From the NCBI GenBank assembly GCA_035084275.1, contig CM068742.1:55986001-56050000 (forward strand): a DNA stretch of 64,000 bases. Reading direction: 5' to 3'. Positions 12,146 to 26,527 of the stretch are shown here, piece by piece. Every line of letters starts with the position of its first letter. Position 1 is the first letter of the stretch. Made by a program: the position numbers and the translations under genes. The notes beneath the pieces were generated by a model that made no database searches, was not told the origin of the DNA, and worked only from the letters and a program-made list of their open reading frames with translations. The stretch is from Hydrolagus colliei. Its lineage: Eukaryota.

Positions 12146-14159
12146 CTTTCCTTTAAAACTGCATCTTTTTTTCCTACTTTTTGGCTGACATTTATAATCC
12201 TTTATCTTAAACAGTAAAGGTTGACCACACATCATGGAAACTGGTTTGTTGAAGAGATTGAGCCAACAGTTTGAGAGAGAAATAATAAGCACCTGATACT
12301 ATCTAATTCAGATCCCTTGCTCTTTCATGTTGTTATTTCCTCCAAATAAAATCTCCCCAATGAAATCTTTAGTATAACAATGTTTAGAAGTAATATTAGT
12401 AAAAAGAAAACTTTGAAATAAGAGTAAGAGGAATGAATCAGCCATATATATATATATTTTAAATGTTGTGATTTGAAATGGGGGAAATCTATGATAACAA
12501 AACTGTCTCTTTAAAACTAGTTTCTGCTTATCTTGCCTCAGTGGAATATTTGATCTGTAGCCAACAATTATTAATGCACAGCATTCTGCCTTACCCAGCA
12601 GACATTTGAACAATAGGTTAAACCTATTAAAACAAAGTAACTCTGGGTGAAATTTTCTACCCATTCATGAAAAATGCATCAAACTTCCACCTTTCATGAT
12701 GCAATCAGGAATTTCGGTGACATCTTATTTGAAGACAACAACAAAATTACATTTATAGAGCACTTTTCATGTCGAGAGGACTATTTCTATAAGAATTGAA
12801 TAAGAATTTTACTGTGACATTTAAAAAGGAAATAGGTAGATTCTTGAGAGACGAGAGTATTAAGCAGGGGACAGGGAGAAAACTTGGGGAATTGGAAATG
12901 TTGTTCCTATTCAGTAAGCATGGCATTATGTTCTTTGACATTTTGTACTTTGCAGCCCTATAATAGGGACCTCTCCAGTCTGGTAGCTCCAGTTCTGACA
13001 CTGAAAATGTCAATCCATCTTTCTCTTTCATCTCCTGCGCATTGCTAGGATTGTGTGTGTGTGTTTTTATTTCACATTTCTAACACTTCCATGTCTTTCT
13101 TTCGATCTCTTTTTCATTGTTGTTCTGAGCAGAATACCGTGATCCTTGCTCTGTCATCTTGCTTTATAGGCAGCTTCAATCTATTTAGCTGTTCTCATTT
13201 AATCAGAAATCGTCTTTCAAGTGTTACATCCCATATCTTTCTTTACCCATGACCAGAGACCAGGCTAGAAGCCTTAATTGTAAGCACTGTCAGATTGTAA
13301 AAACTCCAAGGCTTTGTTCACAAGCATTTTTTTTCCAATATAAAAGACAGTACTGAGCTTCAAAATGCAGCTGAAGAGCTTTGGAGCAACAATGAATTGT
13401 TTTTGCAAGAGTGAAAATGCTGTTGGTGCAAAATGCTTTAATGTGCTATACTTCCAAGGAATGCAGCTGTAAAAGCTAATGCAGCTAAACCCAATCGCTA
13501 ACGGAAAGTAATAACATGCAATACAGTAAAAATTATGTAAAGGGTTATAAACTGAGAAGACACTCAGCAGTCCTTTACAGTCTAACATCTTACTCCTAAA
13601 TAGCATATTTTAATGAGAACCCCAGTCTATAATCTTTCATACTTTATTAATTAATTTGAATAATAACGAGAGATGTGCTGGACACTTAATATTCATTGTA
13701 CTCGGTAATGAACAACACAGCTGAGAAGATTTTATACTTGATGCACAAATCCTCAGTTATCAGCCACAGGTTTATCGGTCAGCTAACTGGTGAACGAACC
13801 TGCAATTCCACAGCCACATTGAGATGCAATGACTTTTTGTTGAAATCATGTCTGATTATCAAATTCAGTTTAGACTGCAAAGTTGTCTTAAAATTGCCTG
13901 GAGTAGAGAGGAGCGGAATGAAATTAAACACAGATTAATCCAGTGCCTTGGGATGTCCTCCTTAAGTGAAAGGCGCTATACAAGGGCAATTTTGTTGTTG
14001 TTGTTTGGTGGGGGAGGGGGAGTGGGAGAGAACAAAAATTACCACAAATACAAAGAGCTGAATGGCCTAATTTCTGCTGTAAATGTTCCTTGATTCTAAG
14101 AGTTGCACAAAGATTGCTTGTTAAACAGGCACACAGTCACCCCAAGAGACTACATTGAT

Positions 14160-14575
14160 TGTGCCTGCTTGTTCTTCTTAATGACGTATATCCTCCTTGG
14201 GCAGAGCGGTGAGCGGGGTTGCCTTGGAGCTGAACTGGCTCTGAGGTGACTTGCCAGGCGGAATGCTGGAATCGCGCCAGCCTTATGTGGCCTTCGTGTT
14301 AATCTGGTTCCTGAGCCGGGCTGGTCCGCAGTATTCCAGGGCACTCCTGACGACAGCACAGCCATCCTGGCTCATCAGCAGGACCTGGAAGGGCAGACCA
14401 GTCACTGGGGCTGGGATTCATCCCACTGAATTACTGTTAATCCTGCAAGCCAACGCCCTGAAGGATAGGGTGCACTAGTTGTTCACGCACTGGGAAAGCT
14501 TGTCAGACAGAATATCAATGTCAAGCAAAGTGATTATAGCTGGTTAGACTCCAGCAGTCACCCTGACGCACACAA
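14160..14575 (+). repeat. Unclassified ancient interspersed repeat, copy 2 of 3
   Basis: ggtccgcagtattccagggcac...gacagcacagcc...ggacctggaagggcagaccagtcactg...gggaaagcttgtcagacag. Confidence 0.7.
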
Positions 14576-15804
14576 GTGTTGGCTCTTGCCAACCTGCATC
14601 TAATATCTATTTCTGGGATTTCCATGTGTAGGTGGGATGCATGGAAATGGAAATCGCAGCTTGGTTTGGATACATTTAAGTATGCTGATGGGTTTCCGTA
14701 TGTGTCAGACACCCGGCTGATTAATAAAACAAAATCAATGGTCATGCTTTCAGTGTATCTGCCTCCACTCTTTGGAACGCCATCGAGAATCTTTTCTCTT
14801 GCTTCCTTCAATGATGGCAGCAAGACCTTCTTCTTTGATCGTGCTTTTGGACACCTTTCCGCCCTCGCAATCTCCCAATGCTCTTATGACTTATGCATTG
14901 ATGTCGGGATGTCCTCCCAATATGAAAGACACTATATAAATGTAAATTTGTATTGTACAGTATATTGAAGGTACAGGCTGACATTCTTCTTTTCTGCAGA
15001 GACGATCTGGGGCATGTGGGTCAATCTTGTTCCAAGTGGGTCCAAAACCCAAAATAGGACACAATTTGCAAAAATAAACAGTTATCCTTCCTTAGAAAAG
15101 CCTTAAGGATAGTTAATGTGTGAAACTCTGGTGCAATAGAGGTAAATGCATTTCATTGCTGCAGGAGGAGATCTGACTACTCGGCTGTGCTGTACCTGAC
15201 GTGTGATTGTTTAGTCAGCAAAATCTACTAAAATCTGCAGATCCAAAGTGTTAAAACAAAATATCTGCCTAATTATACTACCTTACAGCTGATCTCTTTA
15301 TTGCCTCAGATATTTAAATCTGCCAAGCAACCAGCTACCATCAAACGTTTCTTCACATAGAACAAAATTAAAAACAACAACAAAGTTACATTTGTATATC
15401 ACCTAAGGGAGGATGTCCTTAACAAGGGTATTCAATACATCTTCGTTCAGGAAAAAAAAGGAATACTAAAGTATAGGGGAATGAGTGACAGAGTGCAATT
15501 GGATTACAACAACACCTTGCATTTGTAAAGCGCCCTTCACCTGGGTACCGTCTTGGAGATTAGGTAGCTCCTGAGGAGAAATGCACTAATGCAGAGTTGA
15601 AGAGTCAAATGGCCCATCTCTGTGCTGTAATTCTGTACAATTAATTCTATACATAACTCCCCAAAACAATATCTGACAAAAGGATTCTTGGTGATCAATG
15701 GTGTTGTACATTCCTATGTAAGAAGGACATGTCAAGGTCACTTTCTCTAAAATCATCATACCAAATAGCTCTTAAATCACAGTTTCTGAATTAATCCTAA
15801 TTCA

Positions 15805-15951
<147 letters not shown>

Positions 15952-16355
15952 TTAAAAAGCTGTAGAAGATTGATGGGACATGTCATTATCGATGCAGTTC
16001 AATCCTAAAATTCCTCACATTGTTAGAAGACTGCATTTATGAATTTTCTAAAATGAGCACACTTACATTTCAAGGCAATGGTCCTGATTATTGGCAGTTT
16101 TGTTCCTCTGATCTGTTACTCTATTAAATGTTGCAAATATTTCACTTTTCTGGTTAGGTGATGCAAATCAAGTTGTAAGGCTTATTACACTTGTACAAAT
16201 TGAGAATATTATGTATTTGGCACCAAATTGGGTAGTACCATTCTCTGACAGAAATTGAATCTTTGCTCAGCATGCATTTTGATCTTAAGAGTTCTACAAT
16301 CTACAGTTTTGCATATAATGTGGTCACTGCAGGTAATCAAGCAGGTTTGGGACTA

Positions 16356-16658
16356 AAGTCCTGAACTCAGTGGTTAGAGCACTTGCCTTGCATTCGGTTC
16401 CAGGCAGGGCAAAACCTTGGGCAAGTTTCCGTACCACACACACTTTATAATAATGCCTCAAGAAAAAAAACAATAATGATTTGGTCACTTCAATCCACAA
16501 CTGTTTGTGGGACATGGCTGAATGCAACTGGTTACCACATTTCACTCACAAAAAACAATAAATTCACTTTACAGTATATTCTGTGAAGAGCTTTGAGACA
16601 TCTAGAAGATGTGAAAAGCACTACAGTATATCAAAAGCAAGGATCATTATTATTATTA
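16356..16658 (+). mobile_element. tRNA-derived SINE
   Basis: Head, ccttgggcaagtttcc core and tail ending (att)n. Confidence 0.8.
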
Positions 16659-16679
16659 AAGTCAGAACTTTCAATTCAG

Positions 16680-17008
16680 TATAAACGGACTCCAAAATAG
16701 CGTTGTGATTGGAGGGGAGGAGCACTGCATTGTCAGGAGTGTCAACCTTCCAAAGTTAAATTGAAATCTTATCTACCTCTTCAGGTATTGTTAAATACCC
16801 TATCTCATTATTTAAGACCAAAAAGGAGTTTCTCCCAGTAACCTGACCAAAGACCCCCTAGATTATGGAACATTGCTGTGTGCAAATTGGCAGTTGCATT
16901 TGCATACAAAATGATAAGTCAATACATTTTGCAATAAATCTGAGAAACACTTTGAGACGACTTCCCATTGGAAAAGGTACCATCTCAAAGACAAGGATTA
17001 TTATTATT
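16680..17008 (+). mobile_element. Degenerate Deu-domain SINE
   Basis: gagcactgcattgtcagg...ttctcccag...gctgtgtgcaaattggc...tail. Confidence 0.55.
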
Positions 17009-17160
17009 CTATATTGTGTGGTGGGTGAAATTCTGCGACACATCCTCGGAACAAAATTTCAGTAAGGGTTAAATTGCTGAGGTGAAATTACAGTGCCAGG
17101 TCACTGTGTAAAAATGGTAAACAGTTAAACAAACTTGAAATAAACAGCACGATACTTTAC

Positions 17161-17314
17161 CTGTCAGGGACCCTGGGGGCAAAGCAAGAGGTAGTGGAAT
17201 GTACACAAAGGATGTTGTCTGCCCCCAGCTCTTGAATCTTGGCTTCCACAGTCTGCAGGTCTGTGCGCAATTCATCTCCTTCCAGCAGATTCTCAATCAC
17301 TATGGGTTCAAAAC
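17161..17314 (-). CDS. SEPSECS: SEPSECS coding exon 5
   Basis: [50 protein letters not shown](R); 154 nt; AG|gtaaag. Confidence 0.96.
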
Positions 17315-18230
17315 CTGACCCAGAAATACAAATATGTGTGGAAATCAGTGGTTGGTGTAATTCACCCGGGAACATTTTAAATTTCACCAGCGCTCAATCA
17401 TCATGGAAAATACATGGCTTTCTGGTTAACAAAACAGACCATTGACGATGACAAGGATTGACAAATACAGTTGTAGAAATCTATTAAAACGTCAGTATCA
17501 CGAAGCAAGAATAAACAGTCAAACAGACTTTATTGAGAAACTATGGAAACATTACCAAATTTGTATCATTATTACAGTATAGATTATTGGGGGCTTTCAA
17601 CCAATAATGGTACATCAGTACTGGCAAAATGTTTTCGCTGAGCAATCTGAATTAAGGTCAGAATTTACCACTCATAGATTCAGTTACATGTGCAAGTACA
17701 GTGTTCATTTCATGCAATATGCATTTTGAGGAAACTCTTTTATCAGGTCAGTTTAAAATTCAATACAACATTTGAAGTTAACGTTTAAGTGCACCTAACA
17801 CAACAGAGGAAGGGGCAATATACAGTCTGCTCCCATCTTGGTTGTTTATGGACAAGGGGAAATCATTTGGGATTTGGTCATCCCCACCACCCTTCTCACA
17901 AATAAATAGTTACTTTGGTTTCGCTTCGCCTTTTCACATGTGCAAGGTACATTCACCCAGTGCAGAGAATCTTTCAGCTACGGTAGACATCATGGAAAAA
18001 ATCCCAATTTAAGCATACAAGGAAAGTTTGTTACACTTAGTGAACGTCACCTAATATCTCTGAGTTAGCAGTGCACAATAACGGGATGTAGCTACAATCA
18101 TGCACTGCTTTTGGCTCCTTATTTCAGCTGAATTATACAGAAAGGGTACCAAAGAGATAATATTTATTTTTAGTGAGTGGTGGTGGAATGAAACAAGAAT
18201 ACAACACAAATAATATTAGAACTCTCTTGC

Positions 18231-18389
18231 CTGCAGTGATCATGGATTTGAAGCACGACTTCTGATCAATTCTTGGCCAAATGATAAACTTGGCTTTCGG
18301 TCTTCTTGGCCTCAGTGCAAGAAAACAAAGGGTCAGGCTCATGCCTGTTGCCATTGGCACGACAAAGCAGCTGGAAAGAGTTTGAACAC
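18231..18389 (-). CDS. SEPSECS: SEPSECS coding exon 4 (GC donor)
   Basis: [52 protein letters not shown](G); 159 nt; ends CAG|gcaaga. Confidence 0.95.
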
Positions 18390-20334
18390 CTGGCAATATA
18401 CACAGTTCAATGAATGTGAACAAGTTCTGCAACACCAATCACCAACAAAGCAAATCCAAAGTTGGAACCAACTTCTCATGTGAACAACAGTATCTCTAAC
18501 GGAGCTCAGGCTGAAATCAGCTTACTCAGTAAAGATTTGGGATCAAACCTGCCTCTATTACATGAGCTTCCAACAAAAAGAAAACAAAAATCACCCAAAT
18601 GAGAGCCCTAAGAATATAAGCTGTGTATATTATCTAGTACATCACAAATATTTCAAGGACGAAATGCACTTTTGAGTTTAGAAAATGCTTTCTTACAGCA
18701 CAAGCTGTGCTCGTGTTGATCGTGTCAGTTGAATGCTTTGATGGGTTACTGCTGCGTGACTCACAGCAGCCTATTTAATATACTATTAGAAAAATGTATG
18801 AAGTCTTTTTTGATGAGCCTAAATAATTCGGCTCTGCTGTAACAGTGCTGTGCATCAGTGACTATACACAATTAATGACATTACTGGAAGGAAACTGGTC
18901 AGGTATGAATAATGTGGGAGTAAATGGCAGATATTGTGGAGTACTGAGTTTCTGGGACACTAGGAGAAATGTTGCAGATCTTTCCTCAAATGATTAAATA
19001 ACTGCGGCTGAGATCATGTTAGCAGTCACTACACTTTAGAGTACTGTATATACTGTAAAGCTCTTAGAGAAGTTTTTATATGTGCTAAGGTGTTACATCA
19101 AATTAAAGGATTATTATTAATAATTAAAGGTGGGTTTAAAAAATTATTCAATTGAACCCAACTTAATAAAATCACCATACTATTTGGTTCTCAAGTTCTG
19201 TGCAGTGTTGATGATATTTTAATGAAAACACAGATCAGCAAGACTGAATAATTTCTGTGAACAACTTTCAGCTAGTTTCTGTACATCTCAGTTACATCTG
19301 CTTGATAAAAAGTACAGCTCCATTAATCTTAATGAGGTGCAATCTGTGTCACTGTAAAAACTATTAATTTCAATTGGTTTGCAATCTGTTTCAGTTTATC
19401 CACATACACACAAAACATTTTCACTGCAATTTTCCAAATGGGGCAAGTTAGATACTAAAGTATCCTTGTAAACAATACTACTAAACTCATATTACAAAAC
19501 TTAAAAAGGAAGCAAATGCCTAGTTTTAAACTGGGTTAATTTTTATTTTGTAGAAACTATTTTTCGCAGTGGCAAACAACACCATCCTTCTCACTGGCAC
19601 TCATTAACAATTTACGAAGAAACCATAAATCATAGCGCTTATAACTTCACCATTATACAATTCCCACAGGGACCACAAGGTCTGAGACTGGCTCGGAAAT
19701 TCCTTTTTGTAATGCTATGGGGAGGATTGGTGGTCACAGAAGCAATAACAGCTGTCAAAATGTTCTCCAGCATTATTTTAAAATTAATGAAAAGTGAGTC
19801 TGAACTGAGATCAATATGATTTGAACACTTGAATTATTATTCCTTTCTAGTCTCCACCTTCCTTTCTTTCCTTCTTGGATCCTGAAAACAACATAACATT
19901 CTACAATTGAGAGAGCCAGTACATAATCCATTCACTCTCCTCTGCCAATTGCTTCTGTTTCAAAAGAACAGAAGCAATACAAGTTTGACTTGCCCCATTT
20001 TATGCCTCCTAGGACACGAGTTTGGAAATGCTTTGAGTTAGAAATAGTAGAAAGAAACAAATCCACCTTCTGACATTCTTTGGTTGTACTTGGTGAGATA
20101 GGAAAAAGACATATCATGTCAACCTTTTAAACTGTTTCCTACCTATTAGGGTCACCTTCAGTTATCGAACTATAGTATCATCCAAATTGCGAAAGTCAAT
20201 CCAAGCCACCAATTGACATAATAACACACAAAAAACGTGATTTAATAACCTTGGCAATGCAAACCTACAATGAATGGGAACCCAACAATAGCAGTGGGAA
20301 TCCAGTCGTCTACTAACAACATATTGGGTGAAAC

Positions 20335-20616
20335 ATTGGGGAAGTTTCCTTACTCCACACGTCTCTGTTTATCTAGCAGAAAGTAGGAACCCAGTTGATA
20401 GTCGATTGTTGGATCGCTTTTTCCGGGGGTAGTCATTTATTTAAAAACTAATAATAGTAATTTGGTCACTCAACCCATGACTGTTTGTGGGACGCTGCTG
20501 CACACAATTGAGTGCTGGGGTTCTCCCAGTCAATTCACTTTACAGTGTATTCTGTGAAGTGCTTTGAGACATTTCAAAGACATGATAAGGTCCTATATCA
20601 AATGTAAGATTATTAT
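20335..20616 (+). mobile_element. tRNA-derived SINE, long variant, 5' truncated
   Basis: gtttccttactccacacgtctctgtttatctagcagaaagtaggaaccc...tail. Confidence 0.75.
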
Positions 20617-20684
20617 CAGGTTCTGCATTCCTTGTTATGACTACATAAAAAGGAGCCTGTAATATTGCAAAAATCTGATCAAAC

Positions 20685-20803
20685 CTGCCACTCTAAGAAT
20701 GTCCAGCACTATCGAATTTGTGAGTTTGTTCATGAGGCTGGATCCTGCTGCTTTGGGTTGAATAGCAGCAACGTCTCCTGATCTCCCAATCCCATGCATA
20801 AAT
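20685..20803 (-). CDS. SEPSECS: SEPSECS coding exon 3
   Basis: [39 protein letters not shown](G); AG/GT boundaries, 119 nt, phases match neighbouring exons. Confidence 0.96.
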
Positions 20804-21294
20804 CTAAATTAAGGCAACAAAAATTCAAATTTTAAAACTGCTGTCAGTGTTTGTGAAAAGTTAAGACTCATTGTAACTTAACAGTGCTATAAACTGTACG
20901 CCTTGGGACGTCCTCCCAATGTGAAAGGCACTCTATAAATCTAATTTTGTTGTTGTACTATACTTAGATGTATAGTTAAAATTGTTACACACAATCTCTT
21001 AATTCTGTGCACAAAAAGTTAAATGTTGTCTCTGACAAAAACATCAGCCTTCTAAGACTGTACAAATGATGTCTCAAGTCAAAAGGACAGCACTAGATAC
21101 ATTGCAGCTTAGACCTTTTATATTAATTGATTTCAGTTGCTCTTCACTATAGAGAAATTATCAAGCGGATACATTCCCATTAGAGATTAATGTTGTTTTG
21201 TAAAATGTATATAAAATTTATATAATATTGACATAAAATGAATAATATCCACCCATTTATCCTATTTAAGTGTGTGTTTTTAAAAAAATGCATA

Positions 21295-21720
21295 GCTTGC
21301 CATTGATATTGCTGTCTGGCAGGCTACTGTTTGCTGTGACCACCCTGCCTGTTAGGGCTTTGGATTACAGGGTTAACTGAGTGGGACGACTCCCTGCTCT
21401 CAGTGACTGGTCTGCCCTTCCAGGTCTTGCCAATGAGTCAGGCTGGCTGTGCTGTCATCAGCGGTGCCCTGGAATACTGTGGACCATCCTAGCTCTGGAA
21501 CCAGACTACCAAGTGTCAACAACAGCAACTTTGATTTATATAGCGCCCTCCACACCGAACGGCATCTCAGAGCGCATCAAAGTCCCACAGAGGTTGGGCT
21601 TCATTCTGTTGTCAGCATGTCAGTTCAGCTGCAAGGAGACCCCACCTACCTCCCCAAGGAGAATAGTTACTAGTTGGACGTTTGGCATCCAACAGGTGTG
21701 AGTTTGAACCCTCACTGGGT
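21295..21720 (-). repeat. Unclassified ancient interspersed repeat, copy 3 of 3, interrupted by an L2-type tail
   Basis: cagtgactggtctgcccttccaggtc...ggctgtgctgtc...ccctggaatactgtggacc; L2-tail-like insert at about 21517-21580. Confidence 0.7.
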
Positions 21721-21939
21721 AGATGGTAGGTACAAGGAACTCCCTGCAAACTTCACAATGGGCAATGCATCTTAGCATGATATTCCTGTCCACAGCTCTG
21801 GCACATGTCCCTTCCTATTCCACCAATACGATTAGGAACTCCAGGTAACACCTTCCTGCAGCTGTTGCCCCAAGTCTCAAAGCTTCCTCCTCAGCAATCT
21901 GACAGGCATCTTTCTTCAAAACCCTGTGAGTTTTTGTGA

Positions 21940-22225
21940 AACTGGCTCAGTTGGTAGCATTCTCACTTCTGAGTCAGAAGGCTGATAGTTCAAGCTCCTC
22001 CACATTGGGACTTTGAGCTCATGATTAACCTGAGACTTTAAACCGAAGACCTGTGTATCTTTTCATGTGGCCATCAAGGATCCCATGGCATTATACGAAA
22101 AAAATGAGTTTCTCGTGGTGTTTTAGCCAACAATTGCTCAAATGCAAGAATAATTTATTATTGTTCACTTCATTCAGGTAATTGGGTCATTGCTAACAAA
22201 TGGTTGCCAGTGGCCTACAAATACA
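21940..22225 (+). mobile_element. Deu-domain SINE (SacSINE1-like)
   Basis: tRNA head ggctcagttggtagcattctcacttctgagtcagaagg, then gagactttaaaccgaag...ggatcccatggc core. Confidence 0.65.
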
Positions 22226-22234
22226 TAGTCAACC

Positions 22235-23185
22235 CACTGCCTGATAGATATCAAGTCCTCTATGAGAGACAACTTTCTACAGCTGAATGTCAGCAAGGCT
22301 GAAGCCCTCCTGATTGGCTCAAGCCAATGCCTCTACACTTCAGGCACTGGCAGTATCAGCATCCATGGATGCACAATCCACCTCACCACGCCAGTCAGGC
22401 ACCTGAACATTGCGTCTTGTTCCACCCTCAACTGGCCTTTCTCCCCCATAATTGAGCCATGACCAGCACTGCCTTCCACCGCCTCCGCAACACTGCCTGA
22501 CTCCACTACTGCCTCACCCCTCAGGATGCTGAAACCTTCATACGCATTTGTCACCTCATGGCTCAACTACGGAAACTCCCTCTTTGTCGGCCTCCCCAAA
22601 TTTTCCCCCAACAAGCTGCAGATCATGCAAAACTCTGCAGCTCGTGACCTCTCACACACCAGGCTCCGTGACCCCATCAACCCACCCTTGCGTGGCTTTA
22701 CTGCCTCCCCATTCCTCAAAGCATCCCATTACTCAGAGGATCAAATTTCTCGTCCTCACTTTCAAGGCCCTCACTTCCTGCCCCCTCCTACCTCTATGAC
22801 CTGCTGACCCCCTATCAACATGTCCACTCCCTCCATTCGGCGGTCTCCGGCCTGCTCCATGTTTCCCGCCTGTCCCGCCCTACTATCGGCAGCAGGGCTT
22901 TCAGCCTGTGTGACACCCTTTGGAACTCCATCCTACAGTCCCTTCACCTTGCTCCATCCTTTGGTTCCTTCAGGAACCGGCTGAAGGCATGATCATTTTT
23001 GATCATGCCTTCAGACCTCCTACCTCTTTGTCTACCCTCACTTCATCCCCCCATGATTCTCAACCCTCCCACCCCACCCCCTTCTTCCCCCATGCTTGGG
23101 CCCTGAACCCTGACTGCTCAGTACCTTGGGGCGTCCTCCTGACATGAAAGATGCTCTACAACAGTAATTTTGTTATTGTTGTTCT
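22235..23185 (+). mobile_element. L2 LINE 3' fragment
   Basis: Degenerate ORF2 end (NFLQLNVSKAEALLIG; AFVTSWLNYGNSLFVGLP; KLQIMQNSAAR; IKFLVLTFKAL); tail ccttggggcgtcctcc...gtaattttgttattgttg. Confidence 0.88.
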
Positions 23186-23615
23186 TTACAGTAAATCCTG
23201 TGAAGTACTTTGATGTTTCAGATAGATGATACGGCAAAGAATATTATGGTATTAATCCAAGAATATGAGATCTTATTCAGAGATCATTTGAGAATAATCT
23301 AGCCTTTAAGCCTAGCCATCTATTTCACTGGCAAAAAATTAATTGTTGCTTTCACATATAACTTACTATATTCACATTGAGTTAGGAATGTACCATATGT
23401 GGCATTAACAAAATATTTAACGGAAATTGATTTTGATTGAGAACATTTTTTCCAAATAGAACCGAGTGTAGCCACAGTAACACACCATTAAAATCTGATA
23501 AAAAGCAATGCAAGGTAGGGTTTTCTTTGGCAACGTGGAGTTAATATAATCAGTGCTGCATTCTGTCTCTCAGAGGGAAACACACAAAACAAATAGAAAG
23601 AATATCTGACTGTAC

Positions 23616-23770
23616 CTGTAATGCCTTCGGGCAACTAAGTTTGAAGCCACTCTTCCTTCCCTCTCCCCAACTCCACAATTACCAAGAAAGTTGTTACTAT
23701 CCATAATAGCCAGTTCCTGTAGAAACAGTTCAATGGTGCTTTCTTCCCATCCATCTTCTGGGCATTTACC
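23616..23770 (-). CDS. SEPSECS: SEPSECS coding exon 2
   Basis: [51 protein letters not shown](R); ttctag acceptor, AG|gtacag donor; 155 nt. Confidence 0.96.
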
Positions 23771-24562
23771 CTAGAAAAAAATGGAATAAGATAGAATTCT
23801 GAACATTTGTTTGAAACAAATATCATAAAGACATATATTAGACCTTCGGTGGGATGTGGAACATTTAACAGATTAGTATTTTGGCATGACAGTAACTGGG
23901 ATTTACAACCCAACCTTAGCCCCTGACACACAGATTCCCTGTATGTATTCTGATGGTGTTTCTTTCCAGCAGGCTGGAGGCTCTATGCAATGCAGTTCGA
24001 CTAAAATTCATGCAAACCAGAATCTACAGTGACAAAATACAAGACAAACGTACAGGTCAAACCCCACAGAGAGAAGATGTTCACTGCTAAGAAACATTTT
24101 CAATCTATTCCCTTTAATTATTTATTGTTTGCAAATCTCAATTTCCTATCCTACAGTAAGTAATAAGTTAAATAAACTGCAAGGGATAAATGGAAAATAT
24201 TTTGGAAATGTCTCCTTAATAGCTGAGAGATTTAGTCCCTATTGCAAATTCTTAGGTAGGTCAATTGGTTGAGCACTTGTCTTTGAATCAGAATTCAAAC
24301 CACATTGGGTCCACTGAGCCCTAAGCTGTGCAACAGGAATACAATATCTGCATAAATACACTAGAGTAAAATGCATTCAGTGTAGATGTTACACATATGC
24401 TGAAATCGCAATGTATTGCAACGTTATGTAGCTTCATTGCACAGGGCAAAGTCATTACAATATGCTCACATGGATCCAATCTCTTAGGCAAAAGTGCAAA
24501 AAAAAGGTTAAGGAAGTGACTCAAGTAATGCTTCTTGCTCATGGACTCAGGAACCGACATGT

Positions 24563-24840
24563 GAAATCCTGTAGCTCAGTGGTTACAGCACTTGCCTTGC
24601 AAGTGAGAGACCTGGGTTTGATTCCAGGCACACAAAACCCACACTCCTGATACTAATCCCTCAAAAGAAAATCGGTCATTTCAACCCACGACTGTCACAC
24701 TGCGATGCGCAATTGGCTGCCGCATGTTTCACCCACAAAATATACAATCAATTCATTTTACAGTATTTTCCATGAAGGTCTTTGACATGTCTAGAAAACG
24801 TGGAAAGCGCTACATCAAATGCAGGGATTATTATTATTAT
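24563..24840 (+). mobile_element. tRNA-derived SINE
   Basis: tcctgtagctcagtggtt...gggtttgattccaggc head; tail gcgctacatcaaatgcagggattattatt. Confidence 0.82.
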
Positions 24841-26189
24841 CATCAATCACGTATGTACAGCACAAAGGAAGTGACATCGGTGGCATAATGTGCATATGGA
24901 TAACTTGTAGGAAGTGCTGATCTGGACATCAGACAAGATTAACATGTAATGCGTCAGCATTAGAATCCTAGTGTAGGCTTCGAATATTCTAAGCTCTGAG
25001 CTGGTGTGCCTGGGCCGTCAGTCGCCTGGCTCAGTAATGGACTACAGAGACCACCACCAAGAGCTGGCTCAATTCTAACATCCATTCAGCTCCAAGGAGA
25101 CCCCACTGACCTCTATCCCAAAGGAGGATATTTTTGAATTCCTTGAAACAACTTTCAAAATATTTTTCTCTAGAATTAGAAGTTACTGGGTTGGTAGGGA
25201 TACAAATAGAAAGGAAAAGATCAATTTCACAGCTGCCAATAAAGCTTTCAACAAAGAAAATCATGGAGCTATAGCTTTGAGTTCTGAGAGAAATTTCACT
25301 TTCTTGGCAAATATCCACTTTTTTCCCTTTGAAATACAGTAGAAACTTGTTGAGGCAATTTTTTTTGTAATTAAAACATTTTATGTGAATCACGAGTGAG
25401 GTGAAATACCTAGATTGTCAGCAAGATACTTTGTCCCTGTTTAGGTAAATTTTGTCTATTCACCGCTACTCAGTATCCCTGACTCAGAATATTTTAACTT
25501 CTAGTAGAACCATAAAACCAAGCATTTGATGTGAAATTAGGTGGATGTTAATCATCCCATGGCACTACTCAAAAAGGGAAGGCCAATAACCTAGATAAAA
25601 TTGATCATTCATTCACTTTATGGCTGTTCCTAGAACGGCTGTACCATGTGCAAATTGGCCGCCAATTTCATCTACAAATACTGTCACTACACTTTAGAGT
25701 AAATCCTGTGAATTGCTTTGAAACATTTCAACAACATAAGGTACTACTGAATAACAAATGTAAAGATTATTATTATAATAAATCTTCAGAGGTTCTACTG
25801 ACAAATAATCTTGTTTCAATAACAAACCATTATAGTCATGATTTACTGCACCTTGCACAACAGTGTTTCTGGCAACATTTTGTACAAGGGAAACACAAAA
25901 ACTAGATGCCTGTGAGAGCCCAGCGCTGCTTGGCAACATTTTTAAAAACAGCTCCTCAGCATACAATAGAAGCAGCTTGTGTATGAAAAGAAAATAATTC
26001 AAGAGGATTTTAGTGCATTCAGTACTTCACAGTTATCAGTAAATAACAACCAAAAGCGTTCAGAGGGATCTTTGTAATTGCAAGTATACGCAGCTCTGTG
26101 AGAATCTGCACTACCACAAGAAGCTAAAAGTGAGAGCAACAACAGAGAGGGAGAAAGAGATCCCCAACCTTACAAGACATACAAGACAC

Positions 26190-26527
26190 GGAGCTCCTGT
26201 GGCTTAGTGGTTAGACCACTTGTCGTGCAAGCTGGGGAGACCAAGCTGGGGAGACCTGTGTTCGAACTGTGTTCAAATCCAAGCAGGTCAGGGCAAGTTT
26301 CCTTACTCCACACGCCTAATAATAATCCCTCAAAAAAAACCACAATAATAAAGTTGTTCATTTCAATCCACGACTGTTTGTGGGTCACTGCTGTGAGCAA
26401 TTGGCTGCCACGATTCGCCCACAAATATACAGTCAATTCACTTTACAATATATTCTGTCAAACGCTTTGGGACGTCGATAAGATGTGAAAAGTGCTACAT
26501 CAAATGCAAGGATTATTATTATTATTA
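26190..26527 (+). mobile_element. tRNA-derived SINE
   Basis: Head with a small internal duplication (aagctggggagacc x2), core and tail. Confidence 0.82.
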
